A stretch of DNA of 32,624 nt from Bacteroidota bacterium (lineage in GTDB: Bacteria > Bacteroidota > Rhodothermia > Rhodothermales > JAAAOL01), in the NCBI GenBank assembly GCA_009908885.1, contig JAAAOL010000401.1, positions 1 to 32,624 on the forward strand. The letters run 5' to 3'. The position numbers and the translations under genes were made by a program. Below the pieces are notes generated by a model. It was given only the letters and a program-made list of their open reading frames with translations. It did not search any database and was not told where the DNA came from. Positions 1-7,453 of this stretch are shown piece after piece (the stretch's first letter is position 1; every line of letters starts with the position of its first letter).

Positions 1-131
1 CGCTTTGTCGTTGACGCCTCCGAGCCCCCGGGCTGACGCCGCGGGGCTACTGAACATCATCCCTGCCGGGATTCAGGAAGGCCGGCTCGGGCGACCCCAA
101 CAACGGGACGCGCCCATTTCATGTCGCACAC
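1..131. repeat. Left arm of a ~131-bp inverted repeat (partner 4012-4143); touches the window start, so it may extend further
   Basis: Hand alignment: the reverse complement of 1-131 matches 4012-4143 with 2 substitutions and one 1-nt indel. Confidence 0.9.
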
Positions 132-258
132 TCCCGCCCGCGCGTTGCGCTTTGCGCTTCCCCTCGGCGGCGTCGATCCGTATAATCCTCGTTCCGTCAA
201 CGGGACGTCAAGCCCTATTTGCACGAACAGAACCCACAGATACGACGAGAGGACCGAC

Positions 259-1281
259 ATGCCACTTATCCCACTGCGAGTGCTGCTCGATCACGCCGCC
301 GAGAACGACTACGGCGTGGCCGCACTGAACGTCAACAACATGGAACAGATCCAGGCGATCATGATGGCTGCTGAGGAAACCGACAGCCCCGTGATCATCC
401 AGGCCTCGCGCGGCGCCCGCAAGTACAGCAACGACTTGTACCTGCGTAACCTGATGGCCGCCGCTGCCGAGCTGAACCCCGACATCCCGATCGTCATGCA
501 CCTCGACCACGGCAACAGCGTCGAGACCTGCAAGAGCGCCATCGAGATGGACTTCACGTCCGTGATGATGGACGGCTCGCTCGACGAGGCCGGCAAGAAC
601 CCCAACCGCTACGAAGAGAACGTCGACGTGACAAAGGCCGTCGTCGACGCAGCCCACGCCGTGGGCGTAAGCGTCGAGGGCGAGCTGGGCGCGCTGGGCG
701 GCATCGAGGACGGCCACGGCGCCGGCCTGAGCGAAGAAGAAGCCCAGGAGCACCTCACCGACCCCGAACAGGCCGAGAAGTTCGTCGCCGAAACCGGTGT
801 CGACGCCCTCGCCGTCGCCATCGGCACGAGCCACGGGGCCTACAAGTTCACAAAGAAGCCCACCGGAGACGTCTTGCGGATGGACATCATCGAGGACATC
901 CACAAGCGCCTGCCCAACACGCACATCGTCATGCACGGCAGCAGCAGCGTCCCGCAGGAACTGCAGGAGATCATCAACCAGTACGGTGGCGACCTGAACC
1001 CCACCTACGGGGTGCCGGTCGCGGAGATCCAGCGCGGCATCAAGCACGGCGTCCGCAAGGTCAATGTCGATACCGACAACCGCCTGGCCATCACCGGCGC
1101 AATCCGCAAGGTCTTCGCCGAAAGCCCCGAGCAGTTCGACCCCCGCAAGTACCTCGGCCCCGCCCGTGACGCGATGAAAGAGGTCTGCAAGCAGCGTATG
1201 GTCGCCTTCGGCCAGGCCGGCTGGGCGGGCAAGGTCCCCGTCAAGTCCTGCCGGGAGATGGTCGACTTCTACACGACATAG
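259..1281 (+). CDS. fba: Fructose-bisphosphate aldolase, class II
   Basis: ORF 121-1281. The homologous part starts at [30 protein letters not shown] (ATG at 259). It contains the [17 protein letters not shown] and [11 protein letters not shown] motifs typical of class II FBA. Everything upstream of 259 lies in the repeat/leader. Confidence 0.9.
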   Translation: MPLIPLRVLLDHAAENDYGVAALNVNNMEQIQAIMMAAEETDSPVIIQASRGARKYSNDLYLRNLMAAAAELNPDIPIVMHLDHGNSVETCKSAIEMDFTSVMMDGSLDEAGKNPNRYEENVDVTKAVVDAAHAVGVSVEGELGALGGIEDGHGAGLSEEEAQEHLTDPEQAEKFVAETGVDALAVAIGTSHGAYKFTKKPTGDVLRMDIIEDIHKRLPNTHIVMHGSSSVPQELQEIINQYGGDLNPTYGVPVAEIQRGIKHGVRKVNVDTDNRLAITGAIRKVFAESPEQFDPRKYLGPARDAMKEVCKQRMVAFGQAGWAGKVPVKSCREMVDFYTT

Positions 1282-1339
1282 TCGCCCGTAGCCGGTAGCC
1301 CGGAACCGGGAACCCGGTATTGGAATAAAGGTACGGAAT

Positions 1340-1376
1340 GCGGCGGGGCGTTTTCATGAACGGCTCGCCGCTTTCG
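1340..1376 (+). terminator. Weak candidate stem-loop after fba
   Basis: GCGGCGGG (1340-1347) pairs with CTCGCCGC (1364-1371), including one G-U pair. The loop is 16 nt and the stem is followed by TTTCG. The long loop and short U-tract make this weak. Confidence 0.3.
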
Positions 1377-1683
1377 TGCCCTGATGGAACGCATAGCGGG
1401 GAACCTGGAAAGACAAATGGGCCGCAGAGACGCTGAAACTGCCAGGGCAGGCAGAGAGTTCTCAGTGAGTCGGTCTAACGGTCACCGTCGGGCTCACGCT
1501 GCGGCGCTGAAGACCATGCCCGGAGACGACCTGCTCGTAGACGGCTGGAAGAAATCCGCAAACGACCCCCTTTCCGCTTGACGAAGACTTGCTCATATAT
1601 GGACGTGATTTGAATCGCTCCTCCTGACGCGCGGCGGATGGTTTTCTGTTCCCTGCGTGGCGGCAGCGGGATAACGTATAGGC

Positions 1684-3909
1684 ATGAGCGAAGCGCCTTG
1701 CATTCCAGAGCCGCAGAAGAAGTTCGGAACGTTCGTCGGCGTCTTCACGCCGAGCATCCTGACAATTCTCGGCGTGATCATGTACCTGCGTTTCGGGTGG
1801 GTGCTGGCCCATGCAGGGCTGACGGGAACAATCGCCATCGTCCTGATGTGCGGGGTCATTGCACTCATGACGGCCCTCAGCGCCTCGGCCGTGGCGACGA
1901 ACATGCCGCTGGGCGCCGGCGGGGAGTACTACCTCATTTCGCGCAGCGTGGGGCTGACCATTGGCGGGGCGATCGGCATACCGCTGTACCTCTGCCGGAC
2001 GCTGTCGATCACGCTGTACTGCTTCGGCCTGACGGAAGTGGTGGCGATGGTCTGGCCGGTGGAGGCCTGGGGGGCCATGCCGGTGCAGTGGACCGCGGCG
2101 GGCCTGATCGTACTCGTCGCGGCGGTCAGCGGTCGCAGCGCGGCCCTGGCGCTGAAGGCCCAATTGCCGCTGATGGTGCTGGTCGGCCTGAGCCTGCTGG
2201 CCTTGGGCGTGGGCGTGTTTCTCGGGCCGCTCAAGCAGCCGGTCTGGCGCGTGCCGGCCGAGCGGATGGCGGAGGCAGGCGGTTTCTGGACGATCTTCGC
2301 CGTGTTCTTCCCGGCGGTGACGGGTTTCGCGGCGGGCATCGGCATGAGCGGCGACCTGAAGAACCCACAACGCTCGATCCCGCGCGGCTCCCTGGGCAGC
2401 GTGATTGTCGGCACGGTGGTGTACCTCATTGTTCCGGTGGTGCTTGCATCAAGTGCGAAAGTCGGTGTCGAGCAGCTCGGCGATATCCGGCCGACCGCGC
2501 CGCCCGTCTGGACGCTCATCGCCGTCGCCGGGCCGTGGCTGGTCTTCCCCGGCATGCTGGCGGCCATCCTGTCCTCTGCCTTCGGCAGCGCCCTGGCCGG
2601 GCCCCGCGTGCTGCAGGCACTGGCTTCCGACGGCTTGGCGCCGCGATTCCTCGCCCGGGCGAGCAAGCGCGGTCAGCCCGTCGTCGCCAGCGCCGTTACG
2701 GGCGGGCTGGCCCTCGTGACGGTGTTGCTGGGCGACCTGAACGCGGTGGCCGAACTGGTCACGATTTTTTTTCTGACGCTGTACCTCAGCATCAATCTCG
2801 TCGCGGCGATCGAGCAGATGGTGGCCGACCCGTCGTATCGCCCGACCATTCGCGTGCCGGCGGTGGTCTCGCTGCTGGGGGCGATGGCGGTCTTCTGTGT
2901 GATGTTCCTGATCAACCACGCGGTGGCCTTCGCGGCAATCGGCCTGGAAGTACTGCTGTGGCTCTACCTGCGGCGGCGCGTTCTCGACTCGAGCTGGGGC
3001 GACGTCTGGAGCGGGGTGTGGGACACCCTTGCCCGCATCAGCCTGCGAAAACTGCACGAGAAGAAGGGCGATCCGCGGTCGTGGCGGCCGAACATTCTGC
3101 TCTTCGCAGACGAAATCGAGCAGCGGGCGGAGGAGGCCCGCCTGGCCGGGCAGTTCAATGCCTCGACGGGGGTGCTGACGATATGCGATTGCGTGGTCGG
3201 GCGGGCACGGACCGACATGCCCGAGGCTGACCATCGCCGCAACGAGCTCAACGCGTTCATCGAGCGCGAGGGCCTGCACGCGTTTGGCGAGGTCGACGTG
3301 GTGAACGATTTCGACTCGGGGGTAATGGACATTATCCAGGCCCACGGGCTGGGGGCGTTGCGGGCCAATACCATCACCTTCGGCTGGCCGAGCGACACCG
3401 AGCGCCTGGCCGAGTTGCTGCGGCTGACGCGGAACATCGGCGAGATCGGGCGGGCGAGCATGTTCCTGCGGCCGCACCCGCACCCGCGAGCCAACCGGCG
3501 CGAGGCCATCGACGTCTGGTGGCGCGGCAAGCAGAAGAACGGCGACCTCATGCTGCTGCTGGCCTACCTGCTCCAGCAGCACGCGGCCTGGCGCCGTGCG
3601 AAGATACGCGTACGGACGATTATCAGCAACCCCACGCTGGAGACCGACATGCGGGCCAGCCTCGACCGGCTGCTGCAGTCGGTCCGCATCGACGCCGAAC
3701 GCGAGATCATTGCCCTCGAGGAGGACCAGTCCGTCATGGACGTGATGCACGAGTCCAGTCGCGAGACCGATCTGGCCTTTGTCGGGCTGATGACGCCCGA
3801 GCCGGGCGACGAAAGCGAGTACGCCGAACGGCTGAAGGAAATCGTCGCGGGCCTGCCGATGACCGTCCTTGTCCGCAACACCGGCCCGTTTGCGGGGGAG
3901 TTGCTCTAG
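1684..3909 (+). CDS. Cation-chloride cotransporter (SLC12/CCC family, APC superfamily) with a large cytoplasmic C-terminal domain
   Basis: 741-aa ORF. The N-terminus KKFGTFVGVFTPSILTILGVIMYLRFGWVLAHAGL matches the CCC signature region. It has about 12 hydrophobic segments and then a ~280-aa soluble C-terminal domain. Confidence 0.8.
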   Translation: MSEAPCIPEPQKKFGTFVGVFTPSILTILGVIMYLRFGWVLAHAGLTGTIAIVLMCGVIALMTALSASAVATNMPLGAGGEYYLISRSVGLTIGGAIGIPLYLCRTLSITLYCFGLTEVVAMVWPVEAWGAMPVQWTAAGLIVLVAAVSGRSAALALKAQLPLMVLVGLSLLALGVGVFLGPLKQPVWRVPAERMAEAGGFWTIFAVFFPAVTGFAAGIGMSGDLKNPQRSIPRGSLGSVIVGTVVYLIVPVVLASSAKVGVEQLGDIRPTAPPVWTLIAVAGPWLVFPGMLAAILSSAFGSALAGPRVLQALASDGLAPRFLARASKRGQPVVASAVTGGLALVTVLLGDLNAVAELVTIFFLTLYLSINLVAAIEQMVADPSYRPTIRVPAVVSLLGAMAVFCVMFLINHAVAFAAIGLEVLLWLYLRRRVLDSSWGDVWSGVWDTLARISLRKLHEKKGDPRSWRPNILLFADEIEQRAEEARLAGQFNASTGVLTICDCVVGRARTDMPEADHRRNELNAFIEREGLHAFGEVDVVNDFDSGVMDIIQAHGLGALRANTITFGWPSDTERLAELLRLTRNIGEIGRASMFLRPHPHPRANRREAIDVWWRGKQKNGDLMLLLAYLLQQHAAWRRAKIRVRTIISNPTLETDMRASLDRLLQSVRIDAEREIIALEEDQSVMDVMHESSRETDLAFVGLMTPEPGDESEYAERLKEIVAGLPMTVLVRNTGPFAGELL

Positions 3910-4011
3910 CAGCCCATATTCAGTGTGTCCGGTATACGACAAGCGCATTGAGTGCACGCGCACGGCAGGGCGACGGTGCGGCGCCGGCCGGCGGCGCCTC
4001 GCGTGGTCTTC

Positions 4012-4143
4012 GTGTGCGACATGAAATGGGGGCGTCCCGTTGTTGGGGTCGCCCGAGCCGGCCTTCCTGAATCCCGGCAGGGATGATGTTCAGTAGCCCC
4101 GCGGCGTCAGCCCCGGGGGCTCGGAGGCGTCAACGCCAAAGCG
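4012..4143. repeat. Right arm of the ~131-bp inverted repeat (partner 1-131)
   Basis: See the left arm. Differences are G vs C at the MKWG/MKWA codon, one extra C in the C-run near 4111, and C vs A near 4136. Confidence 0.9.
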
Positions 4144-4183
4144 CCGGCAGGAGCGTCGTGGCGCTTCGCGGCATCACGGCGCC

Positions 4184-4220
4184 CCTGGCAGCCCGTTTAG
4201 GAAGCTATCACTGCCGCGGC
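4184..4220. repeat. 37-bp direct repeat, copy 1 (CCTGGCAGCCCGTTTAGGAAGCTATCACTGCCGCGGC)
   Basis: 36/37 identical to 4255-4291. It has an internal GGCAG...CTGCC inverted motif. Confidence 0.85.
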
Positions 4221-4254
4221 GTAGAGGAGGCACGACGAGTAGCGGCTAGAAAAG

Positions 4255-4291
4255 CCTGGCAGCCCGTTTAGGAAGCTATCGCTGCCGCGGC
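4255..4291. repeat. 37-bp direct repeat, copy 2 (CCTGGCAGCCCGTTTAGGAAGCTATCGCTGCCGCGGC)
   Basis: Period is 71 bp. The sequence between the copies (4221-4254) is 34 bp and unique. Confidence 0.85.
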
Positions 4292-4449
4292 CGTGCCTTT
4301 TACCTGCGCGTCCTTGTCGCGAAAACTCGGAATGTACTCATTCACCTGCGTGTCCGCTCCTTCATGCTTGGCAAAATGCCTCGGCCTCGCGACGCGATCC
4401 ATTGCTAAACGGACGGCTGGCGGGGCTTGACCGCGGGAGCGATCCGGAC

Positions 4450-4494
4450 CCCACGCTCACGCGTGGGGGCTATTGAACGCCGCCCCTGCCGGGG
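4450..4494. repeat. Copy of a dispersed ~45-nt GC-rich motif (…GCTCACGCGTGGGGGCTATTGAACGCCGCCCCTGCCGGGG)
   Basis: About 80% similar by eye to 28-70 (…GCTGACGCCGCGGGGCTACTGAACATCATCCCTGCCGGG) and its inverted copy at 4073-4116. A looser relative lies at 26652-26689. Confidence 0.6.
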
Positions 4495-4605
4495 CTGGAC
4501 ACCGGCAGGTCCTGGGCCAATGGAATGTCTTCGCCGCCACCGAAACGTGTCGCACACGTGGTCTTCCTGGCGCAGCCTTCGGCCATGGCCTCTCGGCGTG
4601 TGGTA

Positions 4606-5529
4606 CTACGTGAGCATGCCCTGGATGATGAGGTCGGAGGCGGCGTCTTCGTCGAGGCCGCGGGCCATGAGGGTTTCGAGCTGTTTCTGGTCGACGGATC
4701 CGAGGGCGGCTTCGTGGGTGACATGGGCCTTGGGGTGGGTCACTTCGACGATGGGGGTGGCCGAGACCTTGCCGTCTCCCTGGATGATTTCCTTGCAATC
4801 GACGTGTCCGCGTGCGCCGGCGGCTGAGGCGGTGAGTTTGTTGTAGACGTCGGCGGTGGCGGTGTCGCGGACGGCCACGCGGCTGGTCAACGCCCCGCGG
4901 GCGCCCTCGCCGAGGAGGTGCCCGATTTCGTTGATCTTGACGATGTCGTCGGCCTTGGCCGAAATGCGGGCCTCCATCTCCAGTACGGAATGGGCCGCGC
5001 AGGTGGCCTCATACGTCATGTCGATCATGCCGACGCGGCCTTCGATGAGTTCGAACACCGTGCGGTAGCGCGCGCCCTCGCCGAGGGCGACCACGGCCTT
5101 GGGGATCACGTTTACGCCGCCGTGGCGGGAGTGGATGTGGCGCTCCCGATAATCGAAGCGGGCGTTCGCGCCGAGTGTCAGCCGCCCGTCCATCAGGTGC
5201 TGGACGTCGGTGGCGTTGGGGAAGACGCAATGGGCGATGACCTCCATTCCGGCGTCGTCTTCGATGGTCAGGTCGAGGTCGACCTTCTGGATGCCTTCTT
5301 CCTGAAGCAGCCCGAAGCACATATGCACGGGCTTGGCGATGTTCGTACCGCCCGCGAGGGTGATGGCGACTGTCACGCCGTCCTCGAACGGATCGGTCTG
5401 CACGTCCAGGCCGGGCAGGCTGTGGCTGGAGATCACCTCGTTGAAGCCGATGACCACGTGTGCCACGTCGGGGTCCTTGACGGCCGAGTGGATGTTCGCG
5501 GATTTCAGGAGATCGAGACCGGTGGCCAT
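4606..5529 (-). CDS. SufB/SufD-family Fe-S cluster assembly scaffold protein (short, ~307 aa)
   Basis: The start was trimmed to MATGLDLLK (ATG at 5529), 1 nt after the sufC-like stop, which suggests translational coupling. The repetitive beta-helix-like pattern and the C-terminal HVDCKEIIQGDG…THEAALGSVDQKQLETLMARGLDEDAASDLIIQG are typical of the SufBD family. Confidence 0.8.
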   Translation of the reverse strand: MATGLDLLKSANIHSAVKDPDVAHVVIGFNEVISSHSLPGLDVQTDPFEDGVTVAITLAGGTNIAKPVHMCFGLLQEEGIQKVDLDLTIEDDAGMEVIAHCVFPNATDVQHLMDGRLTLGANARFDYRERHIHSRHGGVNVIPKAVVALGEGARYRTVFELIEGRVGMIDMTYEATCAAHSVLEMEARISAKADDIVKINEIGHLLGEGARGALTSRVAVRDTATADVYNKLTASAAGARGHVDCKEIIQGDGKVSATPIVEVTHPKAHVTHEAALGSVDQKQLETLMARGLDEDAASDLIIQGMLT

Positions 5530-5530
5530 A

Positions 5531-6325
5531 TCACATCTCGTCGAGGTTGGGTCGGTTCTTGTGCCTGCAGGGGATGCAGCGGTTTTCGAAGTACGGTTGA
5601 ATGCGGTCGACGACGCCCTTGTCGACAATCTTGCCGCAACACATCAGGAAGGCGTGCTCGGCCCAGCTAAGCACCTCGTCGCTGTGGGTGATCAGCAGGA
5701 CGGTCGAGCCGCCGTCTCTCTTGAGGATGTCGATCGCCTCGCGGATGCGTTTGAGGCTGTCGACGTCGATGCCGCTGTCCGGCTCGTCGAGGATCACCAG
5801 CCGTGGCTGCATGGCCAGCAGACTCGCAAGTTCCACCTTCTTGCGCTCGCCGCCGGAGAGCGTCTTGTCGACGGCCCGGCCGTTGTATCGCAGGGGGGAC
5901 AGGCCCGCTTTCTGCATGACGTCTTCGACGTCGACATCCCGGCCGCGTGCACCGGCAAGGATGAACTGCTCAATGCTCAGGCCCTCGAAGCGGGCGGGCT
6001 CCTGCCAGCCAAGGGTAATGCCGCGCCGCGCCCGCTCGTCTATTGGCTCGTCGACGATCGACTCACCGTCGAGGCGGATCTCCCCGGTCACGTCGCGGTA
6101 GGCACCCAGGCCCATGATCGTGTAGGCCAGCGTGCTCTTGCCCGCACCGTTCGGCCCGCAGATCGCGTGGGTGTAGCCGCCCCAGAGGTCGAGACTCAGC
6201 CCGTCGAGAATCGTCGTACCGCCGGGCGCATAGCACAGATCCTCAATGCTTAGGAGTACCGTCTCGTTGCCGGATGTCGTCTCGGAAAACATGGACGATG
6301 CATTATAGGCACAATCGGCCGGCAT
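5531..6325 (-). CDS. sufC: SufC-like ABC-type ATPase (Fe-S assembly)
   Basis: Walker A is GPNGAGKST, the signature is LSGGERKK and Walker B is LVILDEPDSGIDV, with the SufC-like LITHSDEVL. The start is ambiguous: ATG at 6325, or ATG at 6292 (MFSETTSGNETVLLSIEDL). Neither has an obvious SD. Confidence 0.85.
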   Translation of the reverse strand: MPADCAYNASSMFSETTSGNETVLLSIEDLCYAPGGTTILDGLSLDLWGGYTHAICGPNGAGKSTLAYTIMGLGAYRDVTGEIRLDGESIVDEPIDERARRGITLGWQEPARFEGLSIEQFILAGARGRDVDVEDVMQKAGLSPLRYNGRAVDKTLSGGERKKVELASLLAMQPRLVILDEPDSGIDVDSLKRIREAIDILKRDGGSTVLLITHSDEVLSWAEHAFLMCCGKIVDKGVVDRIQPYFENRCIPCRHKNRPNLDEM

Positions 6326-6622
6326 GTGCCAGAGGCAGGCAGAAATCCGCTTGAGAAGCGTGACGGGAAGGCATCGAGTCTGCGGCGAGGATCTTCGGCC
6401 GCGTTGAGATCATGAGCAATGCAGAGCCCCACGAGGCCGAACCGCGTCCGGCCTGACGGCCGCGGTGATCACGCTGGGCGCCTTCGCTCTCTGCCTCTGC
6501 GCCCTGGTCGGCGGTCTGTTGAGCGGCCCGCTTTTCTGACATCCCGGCCGGACGGCAGAAAGGGACGGACGCGCCGCCGGTCAAGGGCGTCCACCCCGGT
6601 CATTTTCGAGGATGCACGCGGG

Positions 6623-7018
6623 CTATTTCGTGCCGCCCATGCGGACGAGGTACGTTTCGATTTCCGTCTCGCCGCTCAGCGCCAGCGGCGTCTGGCCGGC
6701 GTTGTTGCGGGCGTTGACGTCGGCGCCGCGGGCAGCCAGCAGAACAACGGCGTTCTTCCGTCCGGCTTGGGCGGCATGATGCAGCGGCGTGTTGCCCGCT
6801 GCGTCACGCGCATCAAGCCGGATGCCGTAATGCAGGTTCGAGCGGACCTCGTCGAGGTCGCCTGTGGCGGCTGCCTGGTGGATCGAAAGCATCGGTTGCT
6901 TCGGCGCCGCAGCCGCGGCCTGCGGTTCCTCCGAAGCGTCGGTGGCGTCCATACAGTCGCAGCCGAAGAGGATGCACAACAGCAGGGCCGTCAGGAACAG
7001 TGCGATCAGTCGAGTCAT
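6623..7018 (-). CDS. Ankyrin-repeat lipoprotein
   Basis: N-terminal signal with lipobox LFGC. Two to three ANK repeats are visible (GNTPLHHAAQAGRKNAVVLLAARGADVNARNNAGQTPL). An AGGAG SD lies 5 nt upstream of the ATG. Confidence 0.8.
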   Translation of the reverse strand: MTRLIALFLTALLLCILFGCDCMDATDASEEPQAAAAAPKQPMLSIHQAAATGDLDEVRSNLHYGIRLDARDAAGNTPLHHAAQAGRKNAVVLLAARGADVNARNNAGQTPLALSGETEIETYLVRMGGTK

Positions 7019-7293
7019 GGCATCTCCTTTTGCTTGCGGACAACTGATGAGGCGATTCTATGGGGCCGAGAGGATGAACCACAAGTCAAGTTCGCGCAAG
7101 TACTTTATGCAGATAGCGCTAAGAGCGGACACGCATCCGGCGGGCAGAGTCGCAATGGCTCGGAGCCCGGCGGGGCCAGGGGCAGAAAACGCTGTCGCGA
7201 CGGGGAATATCTGGTCGATGTAGAAAAAGCTTGCGCATGTGGCCGTGTCCGGGCGTCTGGATGGGCGTCCAGGCGGTGCCCGGCGTATTGTTG

Positions 7294-7321
7294 TTGACAG
7301 GCATTGTCGACTATCTATAAT
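7294..7321 (+). promoter_or_regulatory. Near-consensus sigma70-type promoter (TTGACA-16 nt-TATAAT)
   Basis: TTGACA at 7294-7299 and TATAAT at 7316-7321. It lies ~130 nt upstream of the HEAT-repeat gene ATG (7454), in the divergent intergenic region. Confidence 0.5.
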
Positions 7322-7453
7322 CGCATAGGCTGTTTGCCTTACTGTCTTTCTGATAAGGATTTTGGAAGTTCTCGCTCCGTGGGGGCTTCCGCGCAAGCCA
7401 TTGTGCCCGGCCGGAGATTCTGGGCTCCAGGCGGCGGCGACGCAGGAGAAAGT

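Noticed and set aside
57-122. 21-codon ORF MKW(A/G)[17 protein letters not shown] present in both arms of the inverted repeat (also at 4021-4086)
   Set aside because: Its conservation is explained by the DNA repeat itself. There is no SD, and the single difference between the arms is non-synonymous. There is no independent evidence of coding.
1384-1581. 65-aa ORF and c-di-AMP-riboswitch-like fragment in the transporter leader
   Set aside because: The ORF has no SD and a biased composition. The riboswitch resemblance is limited to one short G-rich segment, and the conserved ACGR and pseudo-symmetric elements I recall are not visible.
4184-4291. Calling the two 37-bp repeats a CRISPR array
   Set aside because: There are only two repeat copies and one spacer, no cas genes in the window and no leader-like AT-rich flank. 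It is reported as a repeat and a finding instead.
4301-4360. Direct repeat (T/C)ACCTGCG(C/T)GTCC at ~4301-4315 and ~4344-4358, and a 24-codon minus-strand ORF (VNEYIPSFRDKDAQVKGTAAAAIAS) ending in the 37-bp repeat
   Set aside because: The repeat is short and imperfect. The ORF uses GTG with a poorly spaced SD (11 nt). No second line of evidence supports it.
6290-6330. TATAAT on the minus strand (complement of 6302-6307), 9 nt upstream of the internal ATG at 6292, as a leaderless-mRNA promoter for sufC
   Set aside because: There is no acceptable -35 (GGCACA or GCACAT), and the spacing to the ATG is slightly long. It cannot distinguish between the 6325 and 6292 starts.
6408-6537. Plus-strand frame encoding a TM-like segment (…TAAVITLGAFALCLCALVGGLLSGPLF-stop) between the ankyrin and sufC-like genes
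   Set aside because: There is no ATG or GTG start with an SD in frame before the hydrophobic stretch. It lies antisense to the likely minus-strand transcription unit.
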